Assembly: GCA_025603075.1 (NCBI GenBank)
Contig: MU626416.1
Span: 1 to 46,644, forward strand
Reading direction: 5' to 3'
Source: Neoconidiobolus thromboides FSU 785
Lineage: Eukaryota; Fungi; Entomophthoromycota
DNA: 46,644 nucleotides
This document shows positions 24,294 to 37,517 of this stretch, piece after piece. The position numbers and the translations under genes were made by a program. How positions within the stretch are numbered: the first letter of the stretch is position 1; each line of letters begins with the position of its first letter. The notes beneath the pieces are model-generated. The model saw nothing but the letters and a program-made list of their open reading frames with translations. It ran no database searches and was not told where the DNA came from.

Positions 24294-24793
24294 ATATAAT
24301 TATTGAATTAAAAGTATTTACCAAAACTTCAAATTGACTAATGAGGACGTCTAAAATTCAGACAGTTATAATTGGTATTTTTAAAAGCTTTTAAAATCTA
24401 AATCTCATGTGAATTTTTTTAGATAAAAATATAATTCTAAAACAAATATTTTGTTTTATTTGTATTTAATTTATTTTTGTTTTGTTTTTATCAAAATATA
24501 TAGCTCTCTAAAAAAATATACAATTTTCAATTTAATCTGAAAAAGCGACTAATATTTTATTTAATAAATACTTTTAAACCAAATAGTTACCTACTATTAG
24601 CTCTTTTTTTATAAAACTAGGAAGCTAATCACAAATACTAAAAAAAGTATTTTTTTGCTAAATTCAAAATCAATTTAGAAAACACTACCTAAATAAAACA
24701 GTTATAATGTTTTTTTCAATAAAATTATTTTTTGATTTTTAAGTAATATTATTTTATATTAATAAAAAAGTAATCAATATTTTATTATTAATT

Positions 24794-24890
24794 AAGGATG
24801 TTTTTAGCTTTATCACTTTTTCCATTTTTAAGTACTCTTTAAGTAAAAAAAAGTGTTGATAAACTTCTAAATAAAAAAAAACATATCCCC
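24794..24890 (-). mobile_element. MITE family 1, copy 14
   Basis: TSD AATT 24790-24793 / AATT 24891-24894; head-to-head with copy 15. Confidence 0.82.
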
Positions 24891-24907
24891 AATTATTATA
24901 AAATATA

Positions 24908-25006
24908 GGGGGATGTGTGTTTGTATTTAACAATTTACTAACAATTTTTCTACTAAAATAGCAGCTAAAAGATGAAAAAAGTAATGAAACCAAAAAAAAG
25001 ATCCCC
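24908..25006 (+). mobile_element. MITE family 1, copy 15
   Basis: GGGGGATGTGTG...GATCCCC; TSD not resolvable. Confidence 0.85.
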
Positions 25007-25274
25007 AAATCTTGATATAATAGTTTTAGCTTGCTTATTTCTAAAAAAAATTGTACTCAATAATAGGCTGTGATATTAATATTTATTATTACTTATTTTT
25101 GAATAATCATATTAGTTTCTACTTATATTAAATCCAAAACTTTTACATTCCTCGAAAGGATATACCGAGGCTGTAGTTGATAATAGTGCCATTTGGTGGT
25201 TTTTGTTCCCTGTTTCTTTCAAAACATTGATTTTATATGTTGCTTGATGAAGTTTATTATTATTACAATAAAAG

Positions 25275-25815
25275 TTAATGCTCATTAACTGGAGTTAAAA
25301 GCAGCTTTTGTTTGGCTAACTAACCACAAGTCAAAAAGTCTTAGTTTATATAACTAAGATAGACCTGAATTATAAAAAATAGCATCTAATGTGCTATGGA
25401 CTATATAAGACAAATGAAATAGGATGATATTACTATAAAACTTATATAAAATACTATAAAAAAGACTTAATAGCTTTATTGAAAGTATAATATCAAGGAA
25501 TGATTTAATCAGAAAGCCTTAAATTATTATGCTAAAAAGTTTTTTATACTCCAATTGGGTAATTATAGATAAAAGGCATGATAGTAATTATTCTTTACTA
25601 TAGTACCAATTATAAGCATCTAAGAGGGAGATAATGTCTTTCAATTAAATGGTAGAAACTCTCACAGCAAATAAAAATAAAAAGCTCTAAATTAATTCTG
25701 CCATACAAATTACAGTTAAGTTGACCATAGACTGTGATTAGTTTTGCAAACAAGCTAAATGATTATTATATTATAATTAATCCTAAAACTAATAAAGTGA
25801 TATTTTATAATTATA
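25275..25815 (+). repeat. Decayed interspersed repeat family 2, copy B
   Basis: Homologous to the reverse complement of 1-480; many stops in all frames; boundaries approximate. Confidence 0.8.
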
Positions 25816-25866
25816 AAATGCTATAAACTTTGGATTATTATAAATAATTACTAATATTTAATACAT

Positions 25867-25961
25867 GGTGATGTACTCTTGCATTTAATAATTTCACTAA
25901 CAACCTTTCTCCTCAAATAGCCCTTAAATGGAAAAAGTAATAAAGACAAAAAAACACCCCC
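25867..25961 (+). mobile_element. MITE family 1, copy 16
   Basis: TSD ACAT 25863-25866 / AAAT 25962-25965. Confidence 0.85.
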
Positions 25962-26010
25962 AAATAATTGTTTAGTACAATACAATAATTTTGTTTTTTT
26001 ATCTGCATAT

Positions 26011-26112
26011 GAGGACGCTTTTTTGTCTTTATTACTTTTTCCATTTTTAAGGGCTATTTGAGCAGAAAAGTTGTTAGTAAAATTAGTAATACAAGCATGT
26101 TTTAAAACTTAC
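26011..26112 (-). mobile_element. MITE family 1, copy 17
   Basis: GAGGACGC start; ATAT 26007-26010 / ATAT 26113-26116; far end eroded. Confidence 0.82.
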
Positions 26113-26116
26113 ATAT

Positions 26117-26138
26117 GGGGATGTATTTTTTTATTTAA
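26117..26138 (+). mobile_element. MITE family 1, left-end fragment (copy 18)
   Basis: ggggatgtatttttttatttaa directly after the ATAT that ends copy 17. Confidence 0.65.
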
Positions 26139-27011
26139 CTTAACCAACTGAATGAATAAGTACTAGTTGAATAAATGTTAGCAGCTGTTTTGATTTTAAT
26201 TAATACTAATTGTTTATTATTAAAAAAGCTATTAATTTGGCTTTTAAACCAGACCCTTACTTGGAATCTGATTTAATAAACGTTTAACAAATTAGGCAAG
26301 GTAATTAAATAAGACCTATTTGGTTAATAATATTTTCGATTAGACTTAGTTAATATTATTGTTTAACCTTTTTTTAAACTGCAAAAAAAAATATCAATGT
26401 TTTTATTGTGGGAGTTTATTTAAGTAAAAGTTATACGCATAAGGCAATTGTTTAAATGGACAAAATTCTTTTCTATCCTTAGTGTTGTATTAAAACCTTT
26501 AAATGTTAGAAATTTCGTTTAATTGATAATAGCTATATCAAAATAATAAGGTTAACAATACTGTTTTAAATAAGCTATAAAATAATACTATAAATCATAA
26601 TGACTTAGTAATAATATTGGTATTAATATAGATATTTCAAACTTACAGCTGTTTTAAGAAAATGATTGAACAAACTGATATAGAATTTCATTAATAATAA
26701 TTAAATTTAAAAATGAATAAAAAATAAAATACTATAACGGAGTTAAGTTAATCATAGCTGGTATGTTTACAACTTCGATCACCTTATTTATTTTTTATTT
26801 ATTTTAAATCATTGTCAAGTAAATTTTAACTAGTTTGCTTGAATTTTTTTTGAGACACTCATATAAGGTTGAAAAACCTATAAGTTTAAAACATTCTATT
26901 ATTTTTAAATTGAAACTATTATAATTTACTAAACATGTGTCAAAATTCAAATGATTTACTAATAAATATAGTTTTATTTAAATAAGACTAGTTAATGACG
27001 ATAATAAAAAA

Positions 27012-28460
27012 CTAAGTAGTATTAGACCACTTTAAAAATTTTTCTTTAAACCAAACTTCTGAAATAGGGCTAACTTGAATAAAACTAATAATAGAAACAG
27101 GATTAGCATCAATGTATTCTGGATAAGCAATCATAGTGGTATAAAACAATATAGCTGAAACAGGAGCATACGTTAGCCAATTTTCAATTGTGTAATGGTA
27201 ATTAATCGTTATTAATAATTTTTCAATTTTAGTATAAATCTCTGTTAAAGGTGCATCTGGTTGAAATCTATAGATTAGTTCTCTAGAAATCTGATCTAAT
27301 GTTAAGTTTTCTTTCCTTGGGATTTGTTTCAATAATATACTTAAATCTTCCTTATCAATTTTATGGCCTTTGGATTTAGTATCATAAATAAACCATAAAA
27401 TCTTAGGTAATAGCTTTATAAGCTGATTGAATGCTGCCCTTGACTCTTTCAAAATAGGGATGTTATAATGTCGATCTGCGGGTTCCAACAACACCATATA
27501 GTGGGAATGATTATATTCCTTATAAATACTACTGAGCTTTGGGTTATATGGGAAAAATGCTTTCATTGGCTCGTCTAATGAAATGGAAAGGACATATAAT
27601 GTTAAAACTAAACTCTCCCAAATTTCTTTCTTTCTCTTTAATTTGCTTATCTTTTTGTTATTTTTAACATTAGCTACTTGCCTGTTACTAAGGTCGATTT
27701 TATCATAGTTTAACAATTGAGCCATTCTCATTCCTGAAAACAAATGAGTTTTAAAAGGTGTTAGATTGCTTAATTTTAATTCATAAAAACTTAGTAAGAC
27801 TAAAGTTAATAAAGATTCCAAAGAAGGTTGTTTATAGGATTCATGCAGCCAAAGTTTAATCTTTGTATGAAACGTAAGTGTTAAATTGTTTGACTCTCTT
27901 TCATTTAAGCTGGAGTTTTTATACTTTAGGAATGTCAATATCAAAGCCATTTTTAAGTGATATAACTTATTGGATTGAAATATCTTTACCAATTGCTCAA
28001 AATTAAACCAAATACCAAAGGGGTCTAATTCTTTAGCATAAAATAGTATGCCTTTTTCAATAAAGGATGATTGGAAGTGGGTAGAACTTAATAATAACTC
28101 ATAACATAATTTATTGTTCCTATACTCATTGAACCTAATTATATTTTTTAAATGATTATCAAAGTTGAATATAAAGCTCTGTTGATTAGCTGAAAACTGA
28201 AAATTGCAAGGGCTATTATCAATGATTCTTAGTTGCGCCAATGACCAATTTAAATAGGAACTTATATCCGACTTATAGACTAATTGTTGATTGTCTTCTT
28301 TCTTCAGTTTGGCGTCAAAACAAACACTGTTTTTTATTAATTCCTCTAACTCCATTATCCTTTCAAGTACATGTTGACTCTTCATTAATTTTGGTTTGGC
28401 TTTACTTTTCTTTTTTGTATTGGGTTTCTCTGGATCATAATGTTCAAATTTGAAGTTCAT
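27012..28460 (-). CDS. Fungal transcription-factor MHR protein without Zn2Cys6 cluster, paralog 2
   Basis: 482-aa intronless ORF. Blocks shared with paralog 1: FIEKGILFYAKELDPFGIWF vs FLEIGAQFYIKYLDPLGLWF; FKTHLFSGMRMAQLLNY vs FKSMLFTAVRMGQLLGY; NWLTYAPV vs NWLTFGPV. Confidence 0.7.
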   Translation of the reverse strand: MNFKFEHYDPEKPNTKKKSKAKPKLMKSQHVLERIMELEELIKNSVCFDAKLKKEDNQQLVYKSDISSYLNWSLAQLRIIDNSPCNFQFSANQQSFIFNFDNHLKNIIRFNEYRNNKLCYELLLSSTHFQSSFIEKGILFYAKELDPFGIWFNFEQLVKIFQSNKLYHLKMALILTFLKYKNSSLNERESNNLTLTFHTKIKLWLHESYKQPSLESLLTLVLLSFYELKLSNLTPFKTHLFSGMRMAQLLNYDKIDLSNRQVANVKNNKKISKLKRKKEIWESLVLTLYVLSISLDEPMKAFFPYNPKLSSIYKEYNHSHYMVLLEPADRHYNIPILKESRAAFNQLIKLLPKILWFIYDTKSKGHKIDKEDLSILLKQIPRKENLTLDQISRELIYRFQPDAPLTEIYTKIEKLLITINYHYTIENWLTYAPVSAILFYTTMIAYPEYIDANPVSIISFIQVSPISEVWFKEKFLKWSNTT

Positions 28461-28750
28461 AATTGTTCATTGAAAGTTAAAGTTTAGTTAATAGATATGA
28501 TTTTAAATAAAAAGTGATGCATTATTTTTGAAATTAAAGATTTGAAGATGAAATTTTGAGTTTCACCGAATTTTAAAATAGATTTAAAATCCTAGGAATT
28601 TAGATTGAAAAATTAAAATAGTTAAGAGAATATCTACTTACTTAATATAATAGATAAAAAATCAACATCAAATAAAAGTAATACTACTTTAATTTTTAGT
28701 ATTCTTTACACATTTTTTGTTTAAACTTAATTACTTCCTACATACAACTA

Positions 28751-29020
28751 TTGCAAAATTTACTGCGTATCTATTTTAATTTTAAAATGCAAAGTAATTT
28801 CTACACACATGTGATATGCAATAATCACTTTAATTAGAGTAAAGGTAGTGTTAATTAATAATGCAAATAAGAGTCATATTATAACCATTGACCTACTTAC
28901 TTGATTTAACTTAGGTGTAATAATATATAATCAATTCAAGTATGATAACATGTTAGTAATAAATCAATAATTATAAATTTGTAAAGAGGACGCAATAAAA
29001 TTTAATATGCAAAGTTTTTG
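28751..29020 (+). repeat. Short interspersed repeat family 3, copies B (28751-28820) and C (28991-29020)
   Basis: Share tttaattttaaaa(c/t)gcaaagt and gcaaagtttttg...tgtataaa with 2478-2545. Confidence 0.45.
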
Positions 29021-29286
29021 ACTGTATAAAGATTAAAAAAATCCTATCAAATTGCGAAACTTAGTTTAAAATTAAATAAATCAAAATAAAATCTATAAAC
29101 TTGATTTGCATATTATATAGCTTCAATATCTTTTCTAATATTTAATTATAAATAAACTTTTTATAATCTAGTAACTATCTGTGCACGTGCCTTTTGTGAG
29201 TTTTCCTGAAAATAAATTACTCAACCTTCCCGTTGAATAAAAACGAACAGACCAAAAAGACATGCCCATTTTTTTTATGACAATAG

Positions 29287-31384
29287 CTAACATTGTGATG
29301 ATGGTCTATTTGGATCAAAAAAATTATTCAACGATAAAATGGTACTTAATGTCATAGTTAATAATCCAAATGATAAACATAATAAATGGGGTATATGTTT
29401 CATTGAAAATAACCTTAAGGGACTTAATTTTAGATAGCAAGCAGCTGGTAAAATAAAAGCTAAGTATATAATATTAAATTGGATTTTTAAATTCATACTA
29501 CTCTATTACCTAATACTGAAGCGGATAAACCACCCTATTGAATTTATAAGTATAAGCTGTTTTACTAAAACAATAAACTTACTGTAATTTCCATAACAAA
29601 CCCTAAATCACAAGTAACTAAAGCAATTAATAAAGAGATACCAACTAATACAGTAGTAGCTAAAAAACTTTTAAATGGAGTAATATCGTTCGGATAATAA
29701 TAATTTTCAATAACCTAAAACAATTTTTTTGTTTGATACTCATTATATAAATCAAAAAAAGCTTACTTCTCTAGCTACATAATGCTCCAAAGGAAATGTT
29801 GAAAACATATTCAAACCAAAACAGAATCTGGCAATATTAATAAATGTATTATCCGCTGGAAAATTGTTTAGTATATTTCCTAAATGAAAAAACAATCAAT
29901 TCAAACCCCAATATGTATTTGTCTTATATCTTCCTTACCTTCAGTTTTATCTGTAAAAGCAACATAACCCGCTGTCGCCATAATAGCACAAAAAAACATA
30001 GATACTCCTGTACTCAAATGAGTAATCATAGCAAATCGATCCATTGTTGGTTTTTCTAAATCTGCAAAGATAACGAAACTATTATGATGGCATACTAAAG
30101 CTATTAAAATGTTAACAGTGGTAGAAATAATTATTGGATTTTAAATTACCAAATGCAATAACGGCAACTCCCTATTAATTATAAAAGATTAATTGTTTGT
30201 GTAATACACATAGTATTTTGTCTTTACCTGAAACATCCCTTTGTTAAAAAAATTCCAGTTTAAACTGGGACTACCTTTTAATTCTTCAGGTACATAAGGA
30301 CCTTCTACCAATACAGCAACTACAATAATAAACATAGCAACCAAAGCAAAAAAGGATGCTTTGGCTAATTTGGAAATATCTCTTAATAATGATAATGGAT
30401 AACTTATTCCTATTGTTAATAATGCTATCATGAATTTTCGGTTTCCTAATAAATATAACGTTGGATGATCTTTTATCGAGGGGAACAAAGCTAGAATAAC
30501 AGCGGGTATGGTATCGCCTAAGAAGGTTTGTTTTTAGTTTACTTTAAAAAAGCTCTAGTTTAAGTTTACCAATAATAACAGTGTATGCGCACATACCTAA
30601 ATTATTTTATTTAATTTTGATTTGATAAAAAACATAGAAATTTACCTCCAAAAGCAAATACAAACTGAGACACTGAAATCAATATTAAACCGAATTTCCC
30701 AAAACAAAAATGAGCCAACTCTTGATAACTTTTAGTTCCAGATAATTTAGCATTATGTACTAATAAGTTAATTGTCCAATCTAGTTACATTAAATATTAT
30801 TATATTTATCATTATTATTATTATCTTTGAATTAAATACTATATAACTGACTTACCAGCCACCCAAGTTAAAACAGCCAATAATATAAGACCAACAAACA
30901 TACCGCTTTGTCTCATTGAAAATGGGAGACCTTTACATTGTTTTATTTAATATAACTCATAGTACTATAATATTTAATTTACCAATGATACCTAAATAAC
31001 AAGATAGCATCTATTAGCATATATATTACTACATAAAGACTTGTACTTACCAGCTCCAATGATCGAATTCGTCATATTCAAAAATGACGAGAAAGCTGAC
31101 GAGTTAGGCAACTCAATTTCATACGGATTTGTTATATGATTTTCTTCATTAAAATTATGTAACGGTATTGGCTGCTGATTGTTTAAAATTTTAGGTAAAT
31201 ACCGAGTCCAACTTTTATTTTCGGGTTGATAGCTTACACCATACTCATCACTATCCTCACTTCTCCTTAAACTTTTTACACTTGAAGTTAACTCTTCACT
31301 ATAAAAACTGGTCCTTGAGCTGACTGGATTACTGTCGATTGGAGTGCCTCTTTCCACTACGTCATAGTCATTGTATTTGGACAT
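29287..31384 (-). CDS. Vacuolar amino-acid transporter (Avt2/SLC38A11-like, AAAP family), multi-exon
   Basis: FLNMTNSIIGAG, LPFSMRQSG, GDTIP, YPLSLLRDISKLAKAS, FVCHHNSF, GNILNNFP, TFPLEHYVARE, AFILPAACYLKL. Confidence 0.85.
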
Positions 31385-31929
31385 TTTTTATTTAAAAAAA
31401 TAGTATATTACTAAAAGGAAGCTATGCCTTTTATTTATAAAGAGATTAGCAATACCTTTTATTAATTTTGTAGTGTTGTTATTTTAAGCCATTTATTTTT
31501 AGTCCAATCAATTATATTTAGTTCTTAAAGAACGGAAATTACAAATTGATGATGATTTAATAATTAATTAGTAATTTATTAAATCATTATAATTTAAAAA
31601 TGTTATTCTAAAAAGAGTAACAACTAAATAATAGAACAATTCTTGATATGAAATAAATAGTCTTTGTCTGGAAAATACCTTACTTGGCGTCACAGTTTGA
31701 TCTAGTTCTCTTATTTTCTTGAAAAAAAATTCCTGAATAAATCACTACTTAACTTTTATATTAATTACATTCAAAAAATGATAAAACAGAACAATAGATA
31801 TAAACAATATAATAAACATATATTGGAATATAACATATTTGCTCAAACTATTTGACTTGTACATAAAAAACAATTACTACTAATTTTAATTATTTTTTAT
31901 TTAATCTTTCCTAATTCACCTCTACCTAT

Positions 31930-33874
<1,945 letters not shown>

Positions 33875-34181
33875 CTTTAGAGTTTAAAAATGGTTTACTT
33901 TGATATAAAAGTTTTGATTACACGCTTAAATTTTAGTTAAAAGTTCATATATGATTGGTTGGAATCATTTCGAAAAATTTGGTTAAGGGTTTAGTTTTTT
34001 ATAAACTTATCAAATCAGATAACATCTAGTATATTGTTTAATTTTAAGAAATTATTACTGGATTATTAAATGATATGCTATTTTATCTATCGTTACATTA
34101 TTAATTATAGGTGATATGGTTACATTGCTAAGTGTTATTAGAGTATTAATTAAAATTTAAAATGTTTAGTTTAGTTTGCAT

Positions 34182-35680
34182 TTAATTTTTTAATAATTTC
34201 CAAGCAAAATAAGCAGCTAACGTAGATGGGAATAGTGTGGTTATTTTGAATAATAAATCTAGTATTATAAAAAGTAAATAAATAAAACTATTTAAATACA
34301 AATGAAGCCTACTCTTTTTTAATAAAGCTAATTTCCTCTGATAATTTAATAATAATAATATATTTAAATAATAACTAAGGATTTGACATGTTTTTAAATT
34401 TTGATTAAATAATGTTAATTCTTCAATATCAGTTATTAACTTGGATTGTTGTTTTTGAATTATACTATTATTTGAATATTTTTTTAGTTCAAAAGATATA
34501 AAATAATATATCTTTTTCTCTATCCATAATTTCATGTCATCACTTAAAAATAAATCGGAACTTATTATAAAGTATTTTAGTAAGTCTTGAAATCTTATAT
34601 CTTTACTAATAATATTATCATTTTCTATTATCATTTTCTATTATTATTCAATAACTGTAATTACATATATATTACCTTCTAGTTGTATCCAATTAAATTC
34701 GAATAATTTTTCTATTTTATTTTGTAATATACTTTCAATTACTTTAACGTCACAATTAAATTCTAATAATAATAATAATAATAATAATAATATTGTATGA
34801 TATGATAAACTACCTTTAAATATTAAAAGTGTATGACCCCATAAAGTAAATAAATAATATTTGTCTTTGATAGTTAAATTGTTATTAGTTAATGGTGCTA
34901 CAAATGATTTAAATAGTACAATCAACCGATTTTTTATACTTTCTTTTATATTACTTAGTTCATTGATATTGTTCAATGTATTTGAATTTAATTCTATAAT
35001 TTATAAATTATTAGTTATAAACAATTATAGTAAAATAGCGTTAGTTTACTCAAATAATGTAATATCTTTTGAGTATATATTAAATAATTAAATAATTCAA
35101 ATAAATTATTTGTATTCATTTCCTTATCTAGTAATTTGTAAACTGTATTATATTTAAACTATTATATATGATAAAATTACTGATTTTTTTTTGATTGTTA
35201 TCTAATTCAATTAAATGTTTAAAATTGACTGTCATTCTTATTCTTTTTAATAACGGTTCTTTTAATGTTTTAAAATTATATTCATCTTCAAATTATTTAT
35301 TTAATATATTTAATATATTAGTATTGCATAATATTACCTAAACCTATTAACATTAATTTACTTTCAATTTCTTCATACTTTTGTTTCAGTTCTAAATACT
35401 CTTTTTTCCAATAATTTTTGTCTAAATTTAATCAATTTGCTGTGATTGTTGTAAATAAAAATAGAATTACTTTGATCAATACTATCTCTCAATTGTTCAA
35501 TATAAGCTATATTGAAAATGAATTATTAATGTTAATAGTCATATAAGATTTACTTTGAATAGAAATCGATGGATGTTTTAATTTTAACAATGTTATGGCC
35601 TAAATTTGTTAAGTTATTTATAAATTTATTATAATAATTGAAATATTTATTACCAAAGTTAGTTTAAAATTAAAATTCAT
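34182..35680 (-). CDS. MEI4: Probable meiotic double-strand-break factor Mei4/Rec24 homolog, multi-exon
   Basis: Spliced N-terminus MNFNFKLTLAITLLKLKHPSISIQTYIEQLRDSIDQNKNYWKKEYLELKQKYEEIESKLML resembles the MEI4 N-terminal pattern (KLALALAII.SKP...S.REY.E.L...V.Q....WK.K...LE.E...LRQ.LL). C-terminus LFPSTLAAYFAWKLL resembles the C-terminal FP...Y.W.L motif. Central exons are approximate. Confidence 0.55.
34764..34790. repeat. (TAA)9 microsatellite read as poly-Leu on the minus strand
   Basis: Perfect triplet run inside ORF 34644..34976 (HTILLLLLLLLEF). Confidence 0.85.
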
Positions 35681-35901
35681 TCTTTAAAAATATAAAAGAT
35701 AATAATATAAATGTTTTTTATTAATATATTATAATACATTTCTAACAATTCATGCATTTTTTATAAATTTTGTTGATGATTCGAAGTTTTCACATTTTAA
35801 ACACAGAACCAATCAAATCTGTAAATTAAAATTGTCTTTTATTTTTTATTTGAATATAATAAAATTTTATTTTTTATTTCAATAATAAAACAATATAAGA
35901 G

Positions 35902-37517
35902 ATGAGTTTCCCAGAAGATAAGATTTTAATATTAGAATTAGGAAAAAGCCGAATCAACTATAAAAAGGGTACTACTTTTTTTGAAGATAAAAATTTTGAG
36001 GTAGGTTTTAATAAATCATCATTCCATATCATCCCTAAATCCCTTAACCTTTTCTTAGATCTTAACTCCTGTCATTAAACTAAATAAAACCTTATTAACT
36101 TCTGAGGAACTTGAAAGTGTATTAAAGGATGGAAATTTACAAAATGAAAATATGATTGAGAATGGCATTAAAGAAAATAAGATTCAATTTGAAATACAAA
36201 CGGATAATGAAAAAAATCAGTTAATTGAAGAAGAGTTAATCATCAATATATTTAAACAGGATTCTAAAGTAGATTGGATTGCTTTAAGAGCTTTGTTGTA
36301 AGTTTAGTTACACTTTATTTATTATTTATTAAATGTACCTATATTATAGACAATATTTATTAACAATAAAATATGGAACTTCAATAGATGATAATGATCT
36401 AGCTATAATATTTGTAATACCAACAAATTGGCCAAGAATCAATTATGAAGAATTAATTAAAATCACTTTTGATGACTTGAACTTTACAGCTATTTATTTC
36501 TTAGAGCAACCCCTATCTTCATTATACGGCTATGGTTTGGTTAGTGGTACTGTTGTACATTTAGGTGCAACTACAACAAGTAATTGAAATAGTTTATGTA
36601 ATAACAAGAATAAGTATTAATAATGTTGATTTAGCCGTTACTCCAGTTGTAGATAATTATATTTATAAATATGCCATTCAAAGTATTCCTATTGGATATA
36701 ATGAAATTGATAAATTACTATTAAAGAGGTTAAAAGAAGATCAGGAATTTACCAATAATTGTAATGATATTCAAATTGACTTGAAGTTAATTAAATACTT
36801 AAGAGAAAATGATTATTTTATCTTTGATCAAAACAGCAATAATGAAGAGTTTATAGAAGTGGAATATAAAGATGCTAAAGTGGATTATTATTTTTATTAT
36901 ATTATATATTTATTAATGTTTAATTTTTAGTTTAATTTTCATAATAAACATCGTTTATTAATCAATGAAATATTATTTAATAGTGATTCTGTCTTATTTA
37001 ATAAGAATGGTTTTACTTATAATTCCATTAGAAATTTAATAAAAACAAGTATTGACTCATGTGATATTGAAAAGCGATTTTTATTATGGGAAAATATTAT
37101 AGTTAATGGCGGATTAAGTAAAAATAGAAGTAAGTTTAAACTATTATGTGTAATGATAATAATATAATAGTAATTTATTAACAACTTTATTTTTATTATA
37201 GCTTTCATTAAAGGAATTGAAAAAGAGATATCTGATTTTTGGAACAGTTCAGAAAATATAGGTTATACCCAACCTAATAATTTTAAATTTTTAAATCCAC
37301 CAGAGTATTTTCGTAGCTTTAAAGAAAGCCATCATTTATTGACTTTCTTAGGTGCCTGTATTACTGCTAAAGTAAGTTTTGTTATTTTCATTTTATGTTA
37401 TTTTAGTACTTATTTTATATTCTTTAATAGTATGTATTCGCTGACCCTAAATTACATATATCTCAAGTGGAATTTAATCAAGCTGGTCCTACTATTATTT
37501 ATAATAAAGCGGGTTAA
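35902..37517 (+). CDS. ARP9: Actin-related protein, Arp9-like (SWI/SNF-RSC module), multi-exon
   Basis: MSFPEDKILILELG, PTNWP...FDDLNFTAIYFLEQPLSSLYGYGLVSGTVVHLGATTT, VTPVVDN, IVNGGLS, PEYFRSFK...FLGACITAK, YVFADPK...EFNQAGPTII*. Confidence 0.75.

Noticed and set aside
24754-25008. 84-aa minus-strand ORF
   Set aside because: Spans the MITE 14/15 palindrome; a chance open frame.
30570-30596. Exon starting AG|GTATGT as a recursive splice site
   Set aside because: Explained by the conserved FGGM protein motif; no independent evidence.
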